From contig JBGSYF010000024.1 in assembly GCA_041751015.1 (NCBI GenBank), forward strand, positions 53,665-117,664: DNA of 64,000 nucleotides, in the 5' to 3' direction. This document shows, one piece after another, positions 37,169 through 45,687 of the stretch (position 1 is the stretch's first letter; every line of letters begins with the position of its first letter). Source of the DNA: Chitinophagales bacterium (GTDB taxonomy: Bacteria; Bacteroidota; Bacteroidia; Chitinophagales; BACL12). The notes under the pieces were generated by a model. It was not told where the DNA came from, did not search any database, and worked only from the letters and a program-made list of their open reading frames with translations. The position numbers and the translations under genes were made by a program.

Positions 37169-38341
37169 ATGAATAATTTCTTATATACAATATTTGTTGC
37201 TCCGTGGCGCGTTTCGCCGGGCTTGAGACATGCGGGCGCAGGTCTTGCATCGCGTTTTGCATCAGGTGGAAGGGTGCTTTTACCCTTGATGGCAGTCGCG
37301 CTTATGTTCGCTTCCTGCGCCAAAGAGAAAGGCCAGGAGGAAGTGAGCTATGATCCCACGCCTTTTCTGCTCGACATCGGGCCCTTCCCACCCCCCCCAC
37401 TTCCCCAGGACAATCCCCTGCGGGTGGCGATGGTCGATCTGGGCCGGGAGCTTTTTCACGACACGCGGCTGAGCGCTGATGGCTCGCAATCCTGCAACAG
37501 TTGTCATCAGCAGGCCTTCGGTTTTTCGGATCCGGCCCGATTTAGCGTTGGGGTCGAAGGGCTGGAGGGCCGACGCCAGGCGATGCCCATCGTCAACATG
37601 GCCTGGCATGTCAACGGCTTTTTCTGGGACGGACGCTCCCCGACCTTGCGCGACCAGGCCCTTCGCCCTATACAAGACCCGCTGGAGATGAACGAAAGCC
37701 TGGAGAACGCCATCGCCAAGTTAGAGGCCGAACCCAAGTACCGCGATGCCTTCATCCGCGCCTTTGGCGATGAACAGATCAGCGCCGAGCGCCTGGGTCT
37801 GGCTATGGAGCAGTTCATGATCAGCCTGGTATCGCACAATGCCCGCTTTGATCGCTATCAGCGGGGTCTGGAGACGCTCAGCGAAAGCGAGTTGAGGGGA
37901 GAGCTGCTGTTCAACCGCGAATTCGACCCCACGGGCACGCAGAAAGGCGCGGAGTGTTTTCACTGTCATGGCGGCTACAATTTCACCAATGACCGCTATA
38001 TGAACAACGGTTTGGATGCAGGTCTGGCTCTGGCTGACCTGGGCCGCTATGAAGTGACGGGCAATCCGGACGACAAGGCTCGCTTCAAGGTGCCGACTCT
38101 GCGCAATATCGCCGAAACGGCACCTTATATGCACGACGGGCGCTTCAACACTCTGCGCGAAGTCATCGATCACTACGATCACGGGGTGCAGGCCTCTGAG
38201 ACTTTAGATCCGCTGCTTCAGTTCAGCCTGAGCCCGGGGCTGGGATTGAGTGAGCAGGACAAGGTTGACCTGGAAGCGTTCTTGCTGACGCTCAGCGATG
38301 TGGACTTTCTTCAGGAAAGTGCAAAGACTACCGGCAGATAG
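37169..38341 (+). CDS. Di-haem cytochrome c peroxidase family lipoprotein (MbnH/MauG-like), copy 2
   Basis: Two CxxCH motifs (CNSCH, CFHCH), lipobox MFASC, and FKVPTLRNIAETAPYMHDGR identical in core to copy 1. Confidence 0.85.
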   Translation: MNNFLYTIFVAPWRVSPGLRHAGAGLASRFASGGRVLLPLMAVALMFASCAKEKGQEEVSYDPTPFLLDIGPFPPPPLPQDNPLRVAMVDLGRELFHDTRLSADGSQSCNSCHQQAFGFSDPARFSVGVEGLEGRRQAMPIVNMAWHVNGFFWDGRSPTLRDQALRPIQDPLEMNESLENAIAKLEAEPKYRDAFIRAFGDEQISAERLGLAMEQFMISLVSHNARFDRYQRGLETLSESELRGELLFNREFDPTGTQKGAECFHCHGGYNFTNDRYMNNGLDAGLALADLGRYEVTGNPDDKARFKVPTLRNIAETAPYMHDGRFNTLREVIDHYDHGVQASETLDPLLQFSLSPGLGLSEQDKVDLEAFLLTLSDVDFLQESAKTTGR

Positions 38342-39600
38342 AGTCGCACGGGCACCGCTACTCCGCCTTTTTGACCGGGGTTCCAGTTGGGCATGGCTTT
38401 GACTGCCCGCAGCGCTTCGGCATCACAGTCGGGGTCAAAACCTTTGATGATGTTCACATTGCTCAGCGAGCCGTTTGGCAGAACCACAAAGTCAATGATT
38501 ACCCGGCCTTCAGTTCCCGCTTCGGAAGCGGCTTCGGGATAGCGGATTTCGCTGCTTAAGAATTCCATCAGCGCGTTCATGCCCCCGGGAAACTCGGGCA
38601 TCACATCGACTTCTTCGGCGCGCATGGCCTCATCGCTTGCGCTTTGCTCGCCTGCACTTTGCCGGGCGGAGTTTTCGCTCCTGTTTCGCTGTGCAAGTAA
38701 GTCTGAGGGATCCTTGTCCTGTTTGGAACAGGCGCAAAGCGCAAAGCCGAGTACAGTGAGTACAATTGACATACCATATCGTATGGCATGTTTTTTTGGT
38801 GTTGTTGAATTGCTCAGCATGATAAGTCTTCTTTTGGTTTGTGAATGTTCAAAACTCGGCGCAATCAGAGCCCTGGTTGATCCGGAATGAACCGAGGCCG
38901 ATGCACTATTGATGAGGAGACGGGCGTAGGACTGAAGTCCTGGCAAGGCTCTGAGACTGGCGCGGTCGGCCAGAAACTCGCAGTTTTCCGAGACCATCCT
39001 GGGCAGCATCCAGGCGAACGGGTTGAACCAGAAGAGCACCCGAACCAGTTCGGCCAACACAGCATCTGCACTGTGACCCTGTTTTCGGTGCGCCTCTTCG
39101 TGTGCCAGCACGCGCAGCAATTGATCGGGTTCCACCATCAAATCAGGATCCAGTACGATGAAATTGAAAAAGGAATAACTCTGACCGCGCTGACCCAGGC
39201 GAAATTTTCGGCCCTGGAACTCTGCCGGCTTAGCCTTGCGGATCTGCCAGCCGATGCGCAGCACATTGAGCAGGAGCGCTGAACCCAGAAGCAGAACAAC
39301 TCCCCAATACAAGTAAATGATCGCGGCCGGGCTCCAAAGATTCGAGACTGGGCTTGTCGAAGCTCCGACCAGCACTTCCGGAAGGCTGGCGTAGACAACT
39401 TCCTGTATCGAAAGCGGCAGCCGGTTCAGCCCAAGAGTCGGAATAGTCAGCCATGGCAGAATCAGTGAACCCGACATGGCCAGCAGCAAGAGGGCTCTGT
39501 TCAGGGCGAAGCGCCGCGTGTCCCGCAGCAGATAGCGGTAGCTCAGCCAGCTCAGGGCGGGAATCAGACTGGCGCTGATGAGGGCTAGCGTATTGATCAT
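38311..39600 (-). CDS. BlaR1-type M56 peptidase signal transducer fused to a TonB C-terminal domain
   Basis: N-terminal TM helices, HEEAHRKQGH zinc motif, and C-terminal VDVMPEFPGGMNALMEFL...GRVIIDFVV...AVKAMPNWNPGQKGG (TonB_C). The 3' end overlaps the convergent peroxidase gene by 31 nt. Confidence 0.8.
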   Translation of the reverse strand: MINTLALISASLIPALSWLSYRYLLRDTRRFALNRALLLLAMSGSLILPWLTIPTLGLNRLPLSIQEVVYASLPEVLVGASTSPVSNLWSPAAIIYLYWGVVLLLGSALLLNVLRIGWQIRKAKPAEFQGRKFRLGQRGQSYSFFNFIVLDPDLMVEPDQLLRVLAHEEAHRKQGHSADAVLAELVRVLFWFNPFAWMLPRMVSENCEFLADRASLRALPGLQSYARLLINSASASVHSGSTRALIAPSFEHSQTKRRLIMLSNSTTPKKHAIRYGMSIVLTVLGFALCACSKQDKDPSDLLAQRNRSENSARQSAGEQSASDEAMRAEEVDVMPEFPGGMNALMEFLSSEIRYPEAASEAGTEGRVIIDFVVLPNGSLSNVNIIKGFDPDCDAEALRAVKAMPNWNPGQKGGVAVPVRLYLPVVFALS

Positions 39601-39637
39601 GGTTTGACCTTTGTGAGGTTCTGTAAAGCGGTTAAGT

Positions 39638-40033
39638 TCATTCCTGCTTTTGTTGAGCGGTGCTTGTACTGTCGCGCTCCTCCGCGCTGAGTTGGGCCAT
39701 CATCTCCTCCACATCTTCCGGGCTCAAACCCTCTTCGCGGGCAAAGAAGTGCAGCAGGGACTGTCGTGAACCGTCAAAGTAGTCCTGAAACAAACGTCGA
39801 AAGGCCTGACGGCGATAGGCCGCCTTGCTGATGATGGGACGGTAGCGGTGGGTCTTTCCAAAGGCCTCATGGCTCACAAATCCCTTCTTCTCCAGAATCC
39901 TCACCACCGAGCTGACGGTGTTGTAAGGGGGTCTGGGCTCTGGCATAGCCGCGATGATGTCCTTGATAAAGGCCTTTTGCAGGGTCCACAGCCATTGCAT
40001 GATCTCCTCTTCGGTTGGTGTTAGTCTTTGCAT
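39638..40033 (-). CDS. BlaI/MecI/CopY-family transcriptional repressor
   Basis: 131 aa. LTPTEEEIMQWLW...YNTVSSVVRILEKKGFV is a winged-helix typical of the family. It lies immediately upstream of the blaR1-like gene. Confidence 0.85.
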   Translation of the reverse strand: MQRLTPTEEEIMQWLWTLQKAFIKDIIAAMPEPRPPYNTVSSVVRILEKKGFVSHEAFGKTHRYRPIISKAAYRRQAFRRLFQDYFDGSRQSLLHFFAREEGLSPEDVEEMMAQLSAEERDSTSTAQQKQE

Positions 40034-40075
40034 GATGATGGGTTGGCGCTTCGGCTGTTCTTCGGTGCGATGGGG

Positions 40076-40106
40076 TAAAGCTATAACGTGTAGTTCCGTT
40101 ATGCAA
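40076..40106 (-). promoter_or_regulatory. Candidate blaI promoter with embedded dyad operator
   Basis: Read on the minus strand: TTG (40106-40104), a 20-nt spacer, then TAGCTTTA (40083-40076), which is close to the Bacteroidota -7 TAnnTTTG. The spacer contains the inverted repeat ATAACG-N8-CGTTAT (40083-40102). The element is 43 nt upstream of the blaI ATG. Confidence 0.3.
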
Positions 40107-40238
40107 CTTAGTTTTACGTTTTGTGCCTGATTTTACCGTTTTATGACGCAATCTTCCGTTTTGGTGGAATGGCTTTTGCTGCCCGCAAGGCCTTTCGAAC
40201 TAAAAAGGGCAGGTGCTGTTTATTGCCCAAACACCGAA

Positions 40239-40715
40239 ATGTACCGCCTTCAAACTTCCGTCTGGCTGCCCCTGAGCCTCTCTGAGGCCTGGGATTTCTT
40301 CTCTTCGCCGGCCAATCTCTCGCGCATAACGCCTGAGGAGATGCGCTTTGAAATTCTGGAGGGCACCGAGCGCCGCACCTATGCCGGACAGATCATCCGC
40401 TACACCGTCAGGCCGCTTTTGGGCATTCCCCTGAGCTGGACCACAGAGATCACGCATTGCGTTGAGGAACAATACTTTGTGGACGAACAGCGATTCGGTC
40501 CCTACAAATTCTGGCATCACCAGCACCATTTTCGCGAGCAGGACGGAGGCGTTTTGATGGAAGATGACCTGCACTACGCTTTGTATGGCGGACCTTTTGC
40601 CGGGCTGATCAACGCTTTAATGGTCGGTGCTCGGGTCAGGGAGATTTTTACCTACCGCGAGGGCAGGCTGAAGGAGTTGTTTGGAGAAACGGCGTTGCGG
40701 GAGCTCGGTCGCTGA
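40239..40715 (+). CDS. SRPBCC-superfamily protein (COG4276-like)
   Basis: MYRLQTSVWLPLSLSEAWDFFSSPANLSRITPEEMRFEI...GIPLSWTTEITH...FVDEQRFGPYKFWHHQHHF is the conserved pattern of this small family. The start is taken at ATG 40239. Confidence 0.7.
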   Translation: MYRLQTSVWLPLSLSEAWDFFSSPANLSRITPEEMRFEILEGTERRTYAGQIIRYTVRPLLGIPLSWTTEITHCVEEQYFVDEQRFGPYKFWHHQHHFREQDGGVLMEDDLHYALYGGPFAGLINALMVGARVREIFTYREGRLKELFGETALRELGR

Positions 40716-40847
40716 ACGGGCCCTTTGAGCGACACGGCTTTTACCGTCCCACTTTTTGATGCCTACATGCGGCGCATCATGCCCAACAGGCCAAATCCGC
40801 GGGAGGCCTGACCGCGCTTTCTCCCGGCAAGCAAGGCCGAATAGCTC

Positions 40848-40855
40848 TACCTTTG
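40848..40855 (+). promoter_or_regulatory. Candidate -7 box (TACCTTTG) only 7 nt upstream of the ATG; implies a leaderless or near-leaderless mRNA
   Basis: Exact match to TAnnTTTG. No convincing -33 TTG is seen upstream. Confidence 0.25.
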
Positions 40856-40862
40856 CAGCGCT

Positions 40863-42395
40863 ATGGAAGCTCCTAAAATATTTGTCGATTCAGAGATCGC
40901 CGATCTGGAATGTCTGCTGGTTCACCGGCCGGACAAGGGCATAGGCCGCATCACTCCGGAGAAACTCGAAGACTGGCTTTACGACGACACGGTTTACCTG
41001 AGCAGAATGCAGGATGAGTACGATGTGTACCTCAAGATCCTGCTCTGGTTCATCGATCCCGAACGGGCAAAACAAGCCATAGGCCAGGACACCTCCGAGC
41101 TGTTCAGACCCGATAGTGCCCGCTATATCGCCTCGCCCTATGTCAGGGATGTGCAAATGGAGCTGGCCGATGTGCTGCGCGAGCACGCCGATGCCCGCAA
41201 TCGCCTGGTGGCCGTGGTTTGCGCGCTGGAAAACGTTAGCAGCCGCATTGAAGAGCAGTTGAACGAGCTCAGCCCCCGCGATCTGGCCAGAGTGATGATC
41301 ACCGGCTTTTTGCCCGACCATCCGGGTGATATTCAAACCGATGACGGGCGCTACATCTTTCCGCCCATCCCCAACCTGGTCTTTACCCGCGACATCGGCA
41401 TCGTAGTGCACGATCAGTTGTTGCTGTCCAAGACCATGTACAAGGCCCGGCAGCGCGAGTCGGTGCTGGCCAAGTTCATCGCCTTCAACCATTTCTACCG
41501 CCAAAACCGCGACAAGGTGATGGAGATTACCGAGCCCAGCGATTTTTTCCTGTTGGAAGAGGCCGAGCAGAAGCGAAGGGTGATCTCAATTGAGGGCGGG
41601 GACATCATGATGATCAGCCCGCGGCATATGCTGGTGGGTTGCAGCGAGCGCACAACACCGGAGGCCGGCGTGGAGATCATGCAGGAGCTTTTCCGGCGCG
41701 ATCTGGTGGAACAGGTGAGCATCGTCAAGATTCCGCCCAACCGCGCGCAGATGCACATCGACACCATCTTCACCCAGGTGCGCAGGGATACCTGGGCGCT
41801 GTACGGGGAGTTTTCTCAGGAATTGTGGGAAGAGGAGATTCAGCGCCGCCAGGCTTATAGCATGATCGCCGATGATCCTGGCTATCTGGGTCCGCCGGTG
41901 AAGATCTACACCTTCCACCGGCGCAAGTTCGGCGATGCGCCCTATGATCCGCACCGGGATTACGGGCTTTACACGGCCGCAGACTACAAGGCCCTGGGCA
42001 TGTTTGTGCCCCTTGGTCTGGACGGTCTGCTGCGCCAGATCAGCGTGCAGGATTTCGGTTGCAGGCTCGAAGATGTCAAGATCCTCTACAGCGGCAACAA
42101 CGAGTTTCCCTACGACGAGCGCGAACAGTGGACCGATGCTTGCAACTACCTGGCTATTCGCGAAGGTGTTGTGATCGGCTATGACCGCAACGAGCGAACG
42201 GCGGTGGCTTTCAGAAATGCGGGCTTTGAAGTCATCAAGGCCCTGGACCTGATCCGGGAATTCGAAGAGGGCCGTCGCAGTCCCGATGATGTGCGCGACA
42301 CCCTGATCGAATTGCCTTCTTCCGAACTCTCTCGCGCACGGGGAGGCTCGCATTGCATGAGCATGCCCCTGAGGCGCAAGCCCTGGAAGGGCTGA
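40863..42395 (+). CDS. Arginine deiminase family (guanidino-group-modifying enzyme fold) protein, long form
   Basis: 510 aa. FTRDIGIVV, IEGGDIMMIS, and the C-terminal catalytic-Cys block ARGGSHCMSMPLRR typical of arginine deiminases. Confidence 0.75.
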   Translation: MEAPKIFVDSEIADLECLLVHRPDKGIGRITPEKLEDWLYDDTVYLSRMQDEYDVYLKILLWFIDPERAKQAIGQDTSELFRPDSARYIASPYVRDVQMELADVLREHADARNRLVAVVCALENVSSRIEEQLNELSPRDLARVMITGFLPDHPGDIQTDDGRYIFPPIPNLVFTRDIGIVVHDQLLLSKTMYKARQRESVLAKFIAFNHFYRQNRDKVMEITEPSDFFLLEEAEQKRRVISIEGGDIMMISPRHMLVGCSERTTPEAGVEIMQELFRRDLVEQVSIVKIPPNRAQMHIDTIFTQVRRDTWALYGEFSQELWEEEIQRRQAYSMIADDPGYLGPPVKIYTFHRRKFGDAPYDPHRDYGLYTAADYKALGMFVPLGLDGLLRQISVQDFGCRLEDVKILYSGNNEFPYDEREQWTDACNYLAIREGVVIGYDRNERTAVAFRNAGFEVIKALDLIREFEEGRRSPDDVRDTLIELPSSELSRARGGSHCMSMPLRRKPWKG

Positions 42396-42415
42396 ACGGT
42401 AACTTCACAAGAGCG

Positions 42416-43345
42416 ATGACCACACAGAGCAGCGATACCATATTGATGATCCGTCCGGTTCGATTTGGATACAATCCGCAAACGGCCGCGAGCAATGCCT
42501 TTCAGAGCGCAGAAGGAGCTGACAATCAGGAGGCCATTCAGGCAGCAGCACTAGCTGAATTTGACGCCTTTGCCGGCTTGCTCCGCCAGGCCGGTGTGCG
42601 GGTGCTGGTCTTTGAAGACCGCCAAGACGCCCCTCAGCCGGACTCCATCTTTCCCAACAACTGGCTGAGCACCCACGACAGCGGCACGCTGATTCTCTAT
42701 CCGATGTTCGCGCCCAGCCGCCGCGCAGAGCGCAGAATGGACATTGTAAAGTCACTGACCGAAGAGCACGGATTCAAGATCAGCATGGTGCTTGATCTGA
42801 GCGGCAACGAGATGTTTGATCGCTTTTTGGAAGGCACCGGTTCCATGGTTCTGGACCGCGAAGTCAGAGCGATCTACGCCTGCCTTTCGGACCGTACAAA
42901 CAAAAGCCTGCTGACTGACTTTGCGCGCATCTTCGGCTTTCAATTGCACGCCTTTGATGCGCTGGACGAGCAGGGAAGGCCCATCTATCACACCAATGTG
43001 GTCATGCACATCGGCTCCCGCCTGGCGGTCATCTGCCTGGACGCTCTTCCCGAATCTCAGCGCGCCGATGTTCGCGACGCACTGGATCAGGGCGGCAAGA
43101 CCGTCTTGCCTATATCGCTGGAGCAAATGAGCCGTTTTGCGGGCAATATGCTGGAAGTGCGCAACGACAAAGGGCAGCATTTCACGGTGATGTCCCAACA
43201 GGCCCTGGACGCGCTGAGCCCCGATCAACGCGCCGCCATTGAGTCCTTCACGCCCATCCTCTCCAGCCCATTAGACACCATTGAGAAGTATGGGGGCGGC
43301 AGCGCGAGGTGCATGATGGCCGAGTTGTTTTTGCCCCGCGCTTAA
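42416..43345 (+). CDS. ctlX: Amidinotransferase-fold hydrolase (citrulline utilisation hydrolase CtlX-like / DDAH-like)
   Basis: ILMIRPVRFGYNPQTAASNAFQ N-terminus, IYHTNVVM, and C-terminal GGGSARCMMAELFL catalytic Cys block. The start is taken at ATG 42416. Confidence 0.7.
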   Translation: MTTQSSDTILMIRPVRFGYNPQTAASNAFQSAEGADNQEAIQAAALAEFDAFAGLLRQAGVRVLVFEDRQDAPQPDSIFPNNWLSTHDSGTLILYPMFAPSRRAERRMDIVKSLTEEHGFKISMVLDLSGNEMFDRFLEGTGSMVLDREVRAIYACLSDRTNKSLLTDFARIFGFQLHAFDALDEQGRPIYHTNVVMHIGSRLAVICLDALPESQRADVRDALDQGGKTVLPISLEQMSRFAGNMLEVRNDKGQHFTVMSQQALDALSPDQRAAIESFTPILSSPLDTIEKYGGGSARCMMAELFLPRA

Positions 43346-43450
43346 GGCGAAAGGCTCCGCAATTCTGAGCGGCTTTCCGATGGCCAACAGAGCCTGCACA
43401 GCTCAAAGATGCCTTGCACATTTTTCGATAATGCCCCATATTGCGCAGGG

Positions 43451-45625
43451 ATGAGACCCCGTCTATTCTCTCTGCTGCTCTGTTGCTTGTATTGTTTCGC
43501 GCTTGGGGCGCAAAGCGAACAGGCGGAGCTCTTCGCGCGGTATAACAATACCGAACTGCACGATACCGTCCGTCTCTCTGCCCTGCACAAGCTGGCCAAG
43601 GAGCACTATCTGCGCATCAGTCCCGACAGCGCGTTTCTTCTGGCTCAGGAGCAACTGGAATTTGCACGCGAGGTGGGAAACGGGCACTACGAAGGTGAGG
43701 CGCTTAACACTCAGGGCGTTAGTTGGGCCATGCGGGCGGACATGCAACAAGCACTCGGTTTATTTCAGGCTTCGCTGCAGGCCTACAGAAGGGCGGGAGA
43801 ACTGCTCGGGCAGGGCAATGCCTGGTACAACATCGGCGAGGTGTATTCCCGAACGGGCATGGCCGACAGCAGCCTGGCTTGCATGGAGCGAAGCCTGCGC
43901 ATCTACGAGCAGGTAGGCGACCACAAGGGTCTGGCGCGCAGCCTGCACGGGCTGGCCCGCTACAGCGATCACCAGGGCAGGTACGACCAAGCGCTCGAAT
44001 ACTTCCAGCGCAGCATAGAGACCAGCACCCGGATGGAGGATACAGCCCTTCAGGTGGTTGCCATGGTCAACATGAGCGGGGTGTACAAGCAGCAAGGCGA
44101 TTTTTCGAGCGCTATTGATATTTTGAACCGCGCCCTGCGTCTGGCCGAGCAATTGCAGGACGGCTACCACATCTACTTCTGCCTGGCCAAGATCGGGGAG
44201 ATCTACGACCGTCAGGGAGATCACGCCATGGCCCTGCGCTATTTTGAGCGGGGGCTGGAGGAATCGCGCCGCAGCTCGGATGTGTCGGCGCAACGGGGAG
44301 CTCTGCTCAACATGGGCAATGCGCTGTCCAACCTGGGCCGCTCGCAGGAAGCATTGGTCTATTACCTGCGCACCGCCGAGCTGGCCGGACAGAGCGGAGA
44401 AAAGAGCTCCCAGGCCATCGCGCTGAACAACCTGAGCCGCACCTACGCCGACCTGGGCCAATACGAACTGGCCCTGGAAAGCGGCTTGCAGAGCCTTGAA
44501 CTCAAGCGGCAGGCGGGTTTTGACAAGGGGGTGCCCAGTTCCCTGATCAGCGTCGGCAACGTTTATCTCAGGGCCGGGCAGCCCCGAAAGGCCCTTCCCT
44601 ACAGCCGGGAAGGCCTGGAACTTGCTCAGAAGCAGGGCGACCTGACCGAGCAGCGCAACGCGGCCCAGGACCTCTGGCAGATCTACAAGTCTCTGGGAAT
44701 GCCCGAAGCTTCCCTGGCCATGCACGAGCGCTACATCGTCGCCCGCGACAGCCTGGAGCGGGAGGAGAACCAGCGCGCCGTGTTGCGCCAGGAGTACCGC
44801 TACACCTACGAAAAGCGGGCCCTGGCCGACAGCTTGGAATACGCCCGGCAAAACGAAGTCAAAGACCTGGAGCTGGCTCGCCAGCAGGCCAACCTGTCGC
44901 GCCAGCGCACTGCCCTGTTTTCGTCCGGGGGCGGCCTGCTTCTGCTGCTGGCCCTGGCCTACAGCATCTTCCGGGGCAAAAAGCGCAGCGATGAATTGCT
45001 GCACAACATTCTACCGGAGGAAGTGGCCGCGGAACTCAAAGCTAAAGGCGAAGCCGAACCCCGGCTCATGGATTCCGTATCGGTGCTGTTCACGGATTTC
45101 AAAGGCTTTACCGAGGTATCAGAAAAGCTCAGCCCCCGCGAGCTGGTCAACGCCATCCACACCTGCTTTTCGGCCTTTGACCAGATCGTGGAGCAGCACG
45201 GACTGGAAAAGATCAAGACCATTGGCGACGCCTACATGGCCGCTTGCGGGGTGCCGCTTCCCAGGCCCGATCACGCCGTTAGAACTGCTCAGGCCGCCCT
45301 GGCTATGCTCGACTTCATGGGGCGATGGGCGGCGGAGCGTCAGGCGGCGGGCCTGCCCAGTTTTCAGGTGCGCATCGGCATTCACTCCGGTCCGGTTGTG
45401 GCCGGCATCGTAGGTGTGAAGAAGTTTGCCTACGACATCTGGGGCGATGCGGTCAATACGGCCAGCCGCATGGAGAGCAGCGGGGAAGCGGGGCAGGTCA
45501 ACATCAGTGGCAGCACCTATGCCCAGCTCAAAAACCAACCAGGGCTGCGCTTCACCCACCGCGGCGAGGTTCAGACCAAGGGCAAGGGAGAGCTGGAGAT
45601 GTGGTTTGTGGAAAGGCTTCCCTGA
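43451..45625 (+). CDS. Membrane-anchored TPR-repeat class III adenylate/guanylate cyclase
   Basis: Signal peptide MRPRLFSLLLCCLYCFALGAQS. About ten TPR units (repeated ...A..N.G.VY...G....A...) follow, then TM GGGLLLLLALAYSIF. The cyclase domain carries VLFTDFKGFT, KTIGDAYMAA and IWGDAVNTASRMES. Confidence 0.85.
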   Translation: MRPRLFSLLLCCLYCFALGAQSEQAELFARYNNTELHDTVRLSALHKLAKEHYLRISPDSAFLLAQEQLEFAREVGNGHYEGEALNTQGVSWAMRADMQQALGLFQASLQAYRRAGELLGQGNAWYNIGEVYSRTGMADSSLACMERSLRIYEQVGDHKGLARSLHGLARYSDHQGRYDQALEYFQRSIETSTRMEDTALQVVAMVNMSGVYKQQGDFSSAIDILNRALRLAEQLQDGYHIYFCLAKIGEIYDRQGDHAMALRYFERGLEESRRSSDVSAQRGALLNMGNALSNLGRSQEALVYYLRTAELAGQSGEKSSQAIALNNLSRTYADLGQYELALESGLQSLELKRQAGFDKGVPSSLISVGNVYLRAGQPRKALPYSREGLELAQKQGDLTEQRNAAQDLWQIYKSLGMPEASLAMHERYIVARDSLEREENQRAVLRQEYRYTYEKRALADSLEYARQNEVKDLELARQQANLSRQRTALFSSGGGLLLLLALAYSIFRGKKRSDELLHNILPEEVAAELKAKGEAEPRLMDSVSVLFTDFKGFTEVSEKLSPRELVNAIHTCFSAFDQIVEQHGLEKIKTIGDAYMAACGVPLPRPDHAVRTAQAALAMLDFMGRWAAERQAAGLPSFQVRIGIHSGPVVAGIVGVKKFAYDIWGDAVNTASRMESSGEAGQVNISGSTYAQLKNQPGLRFTHRGEVQTKGKGELEMWFVERLP

Positions 45626-45687
45626 AGCGCCAAAATCCGGTGCACAACAGGCCTGATCAAGCTCGTGCAGGCGTAACTTTGCCCCGC

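Noticed and set aside
38311-38341. 31-nt convergent overlap of the peroxidase copy 2 and blaR1-like 3' ends as a sign of frameshift or misassembly
   Set aside because: Both proteins read through to family-typical C-termini (TonB_C ends ...RLYLPVVF; peroxidase ends after the ...LTLSDVDFL block). Short convergent overlaps are common in compact genomes.
43451-45625. Class III cyclase as a Pycsar-like defence cyclase
   Set aside because: The architecture (signal peptide, periplasmic TPRs, TM helix) is that of a signalling cyclase. The next gene is mfd, not a TIR/TM effector.
45325-45687. 121-codon 5' extension of the mfd ORF in the track
   Set aside because: It overlaps the 3' end of the cyclase gene in another frame and translates to Gly/Arg-rich nonsense. 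The ATG at 45688 gives the canonical Mfd N-terminus and a normal length (1149 aa).
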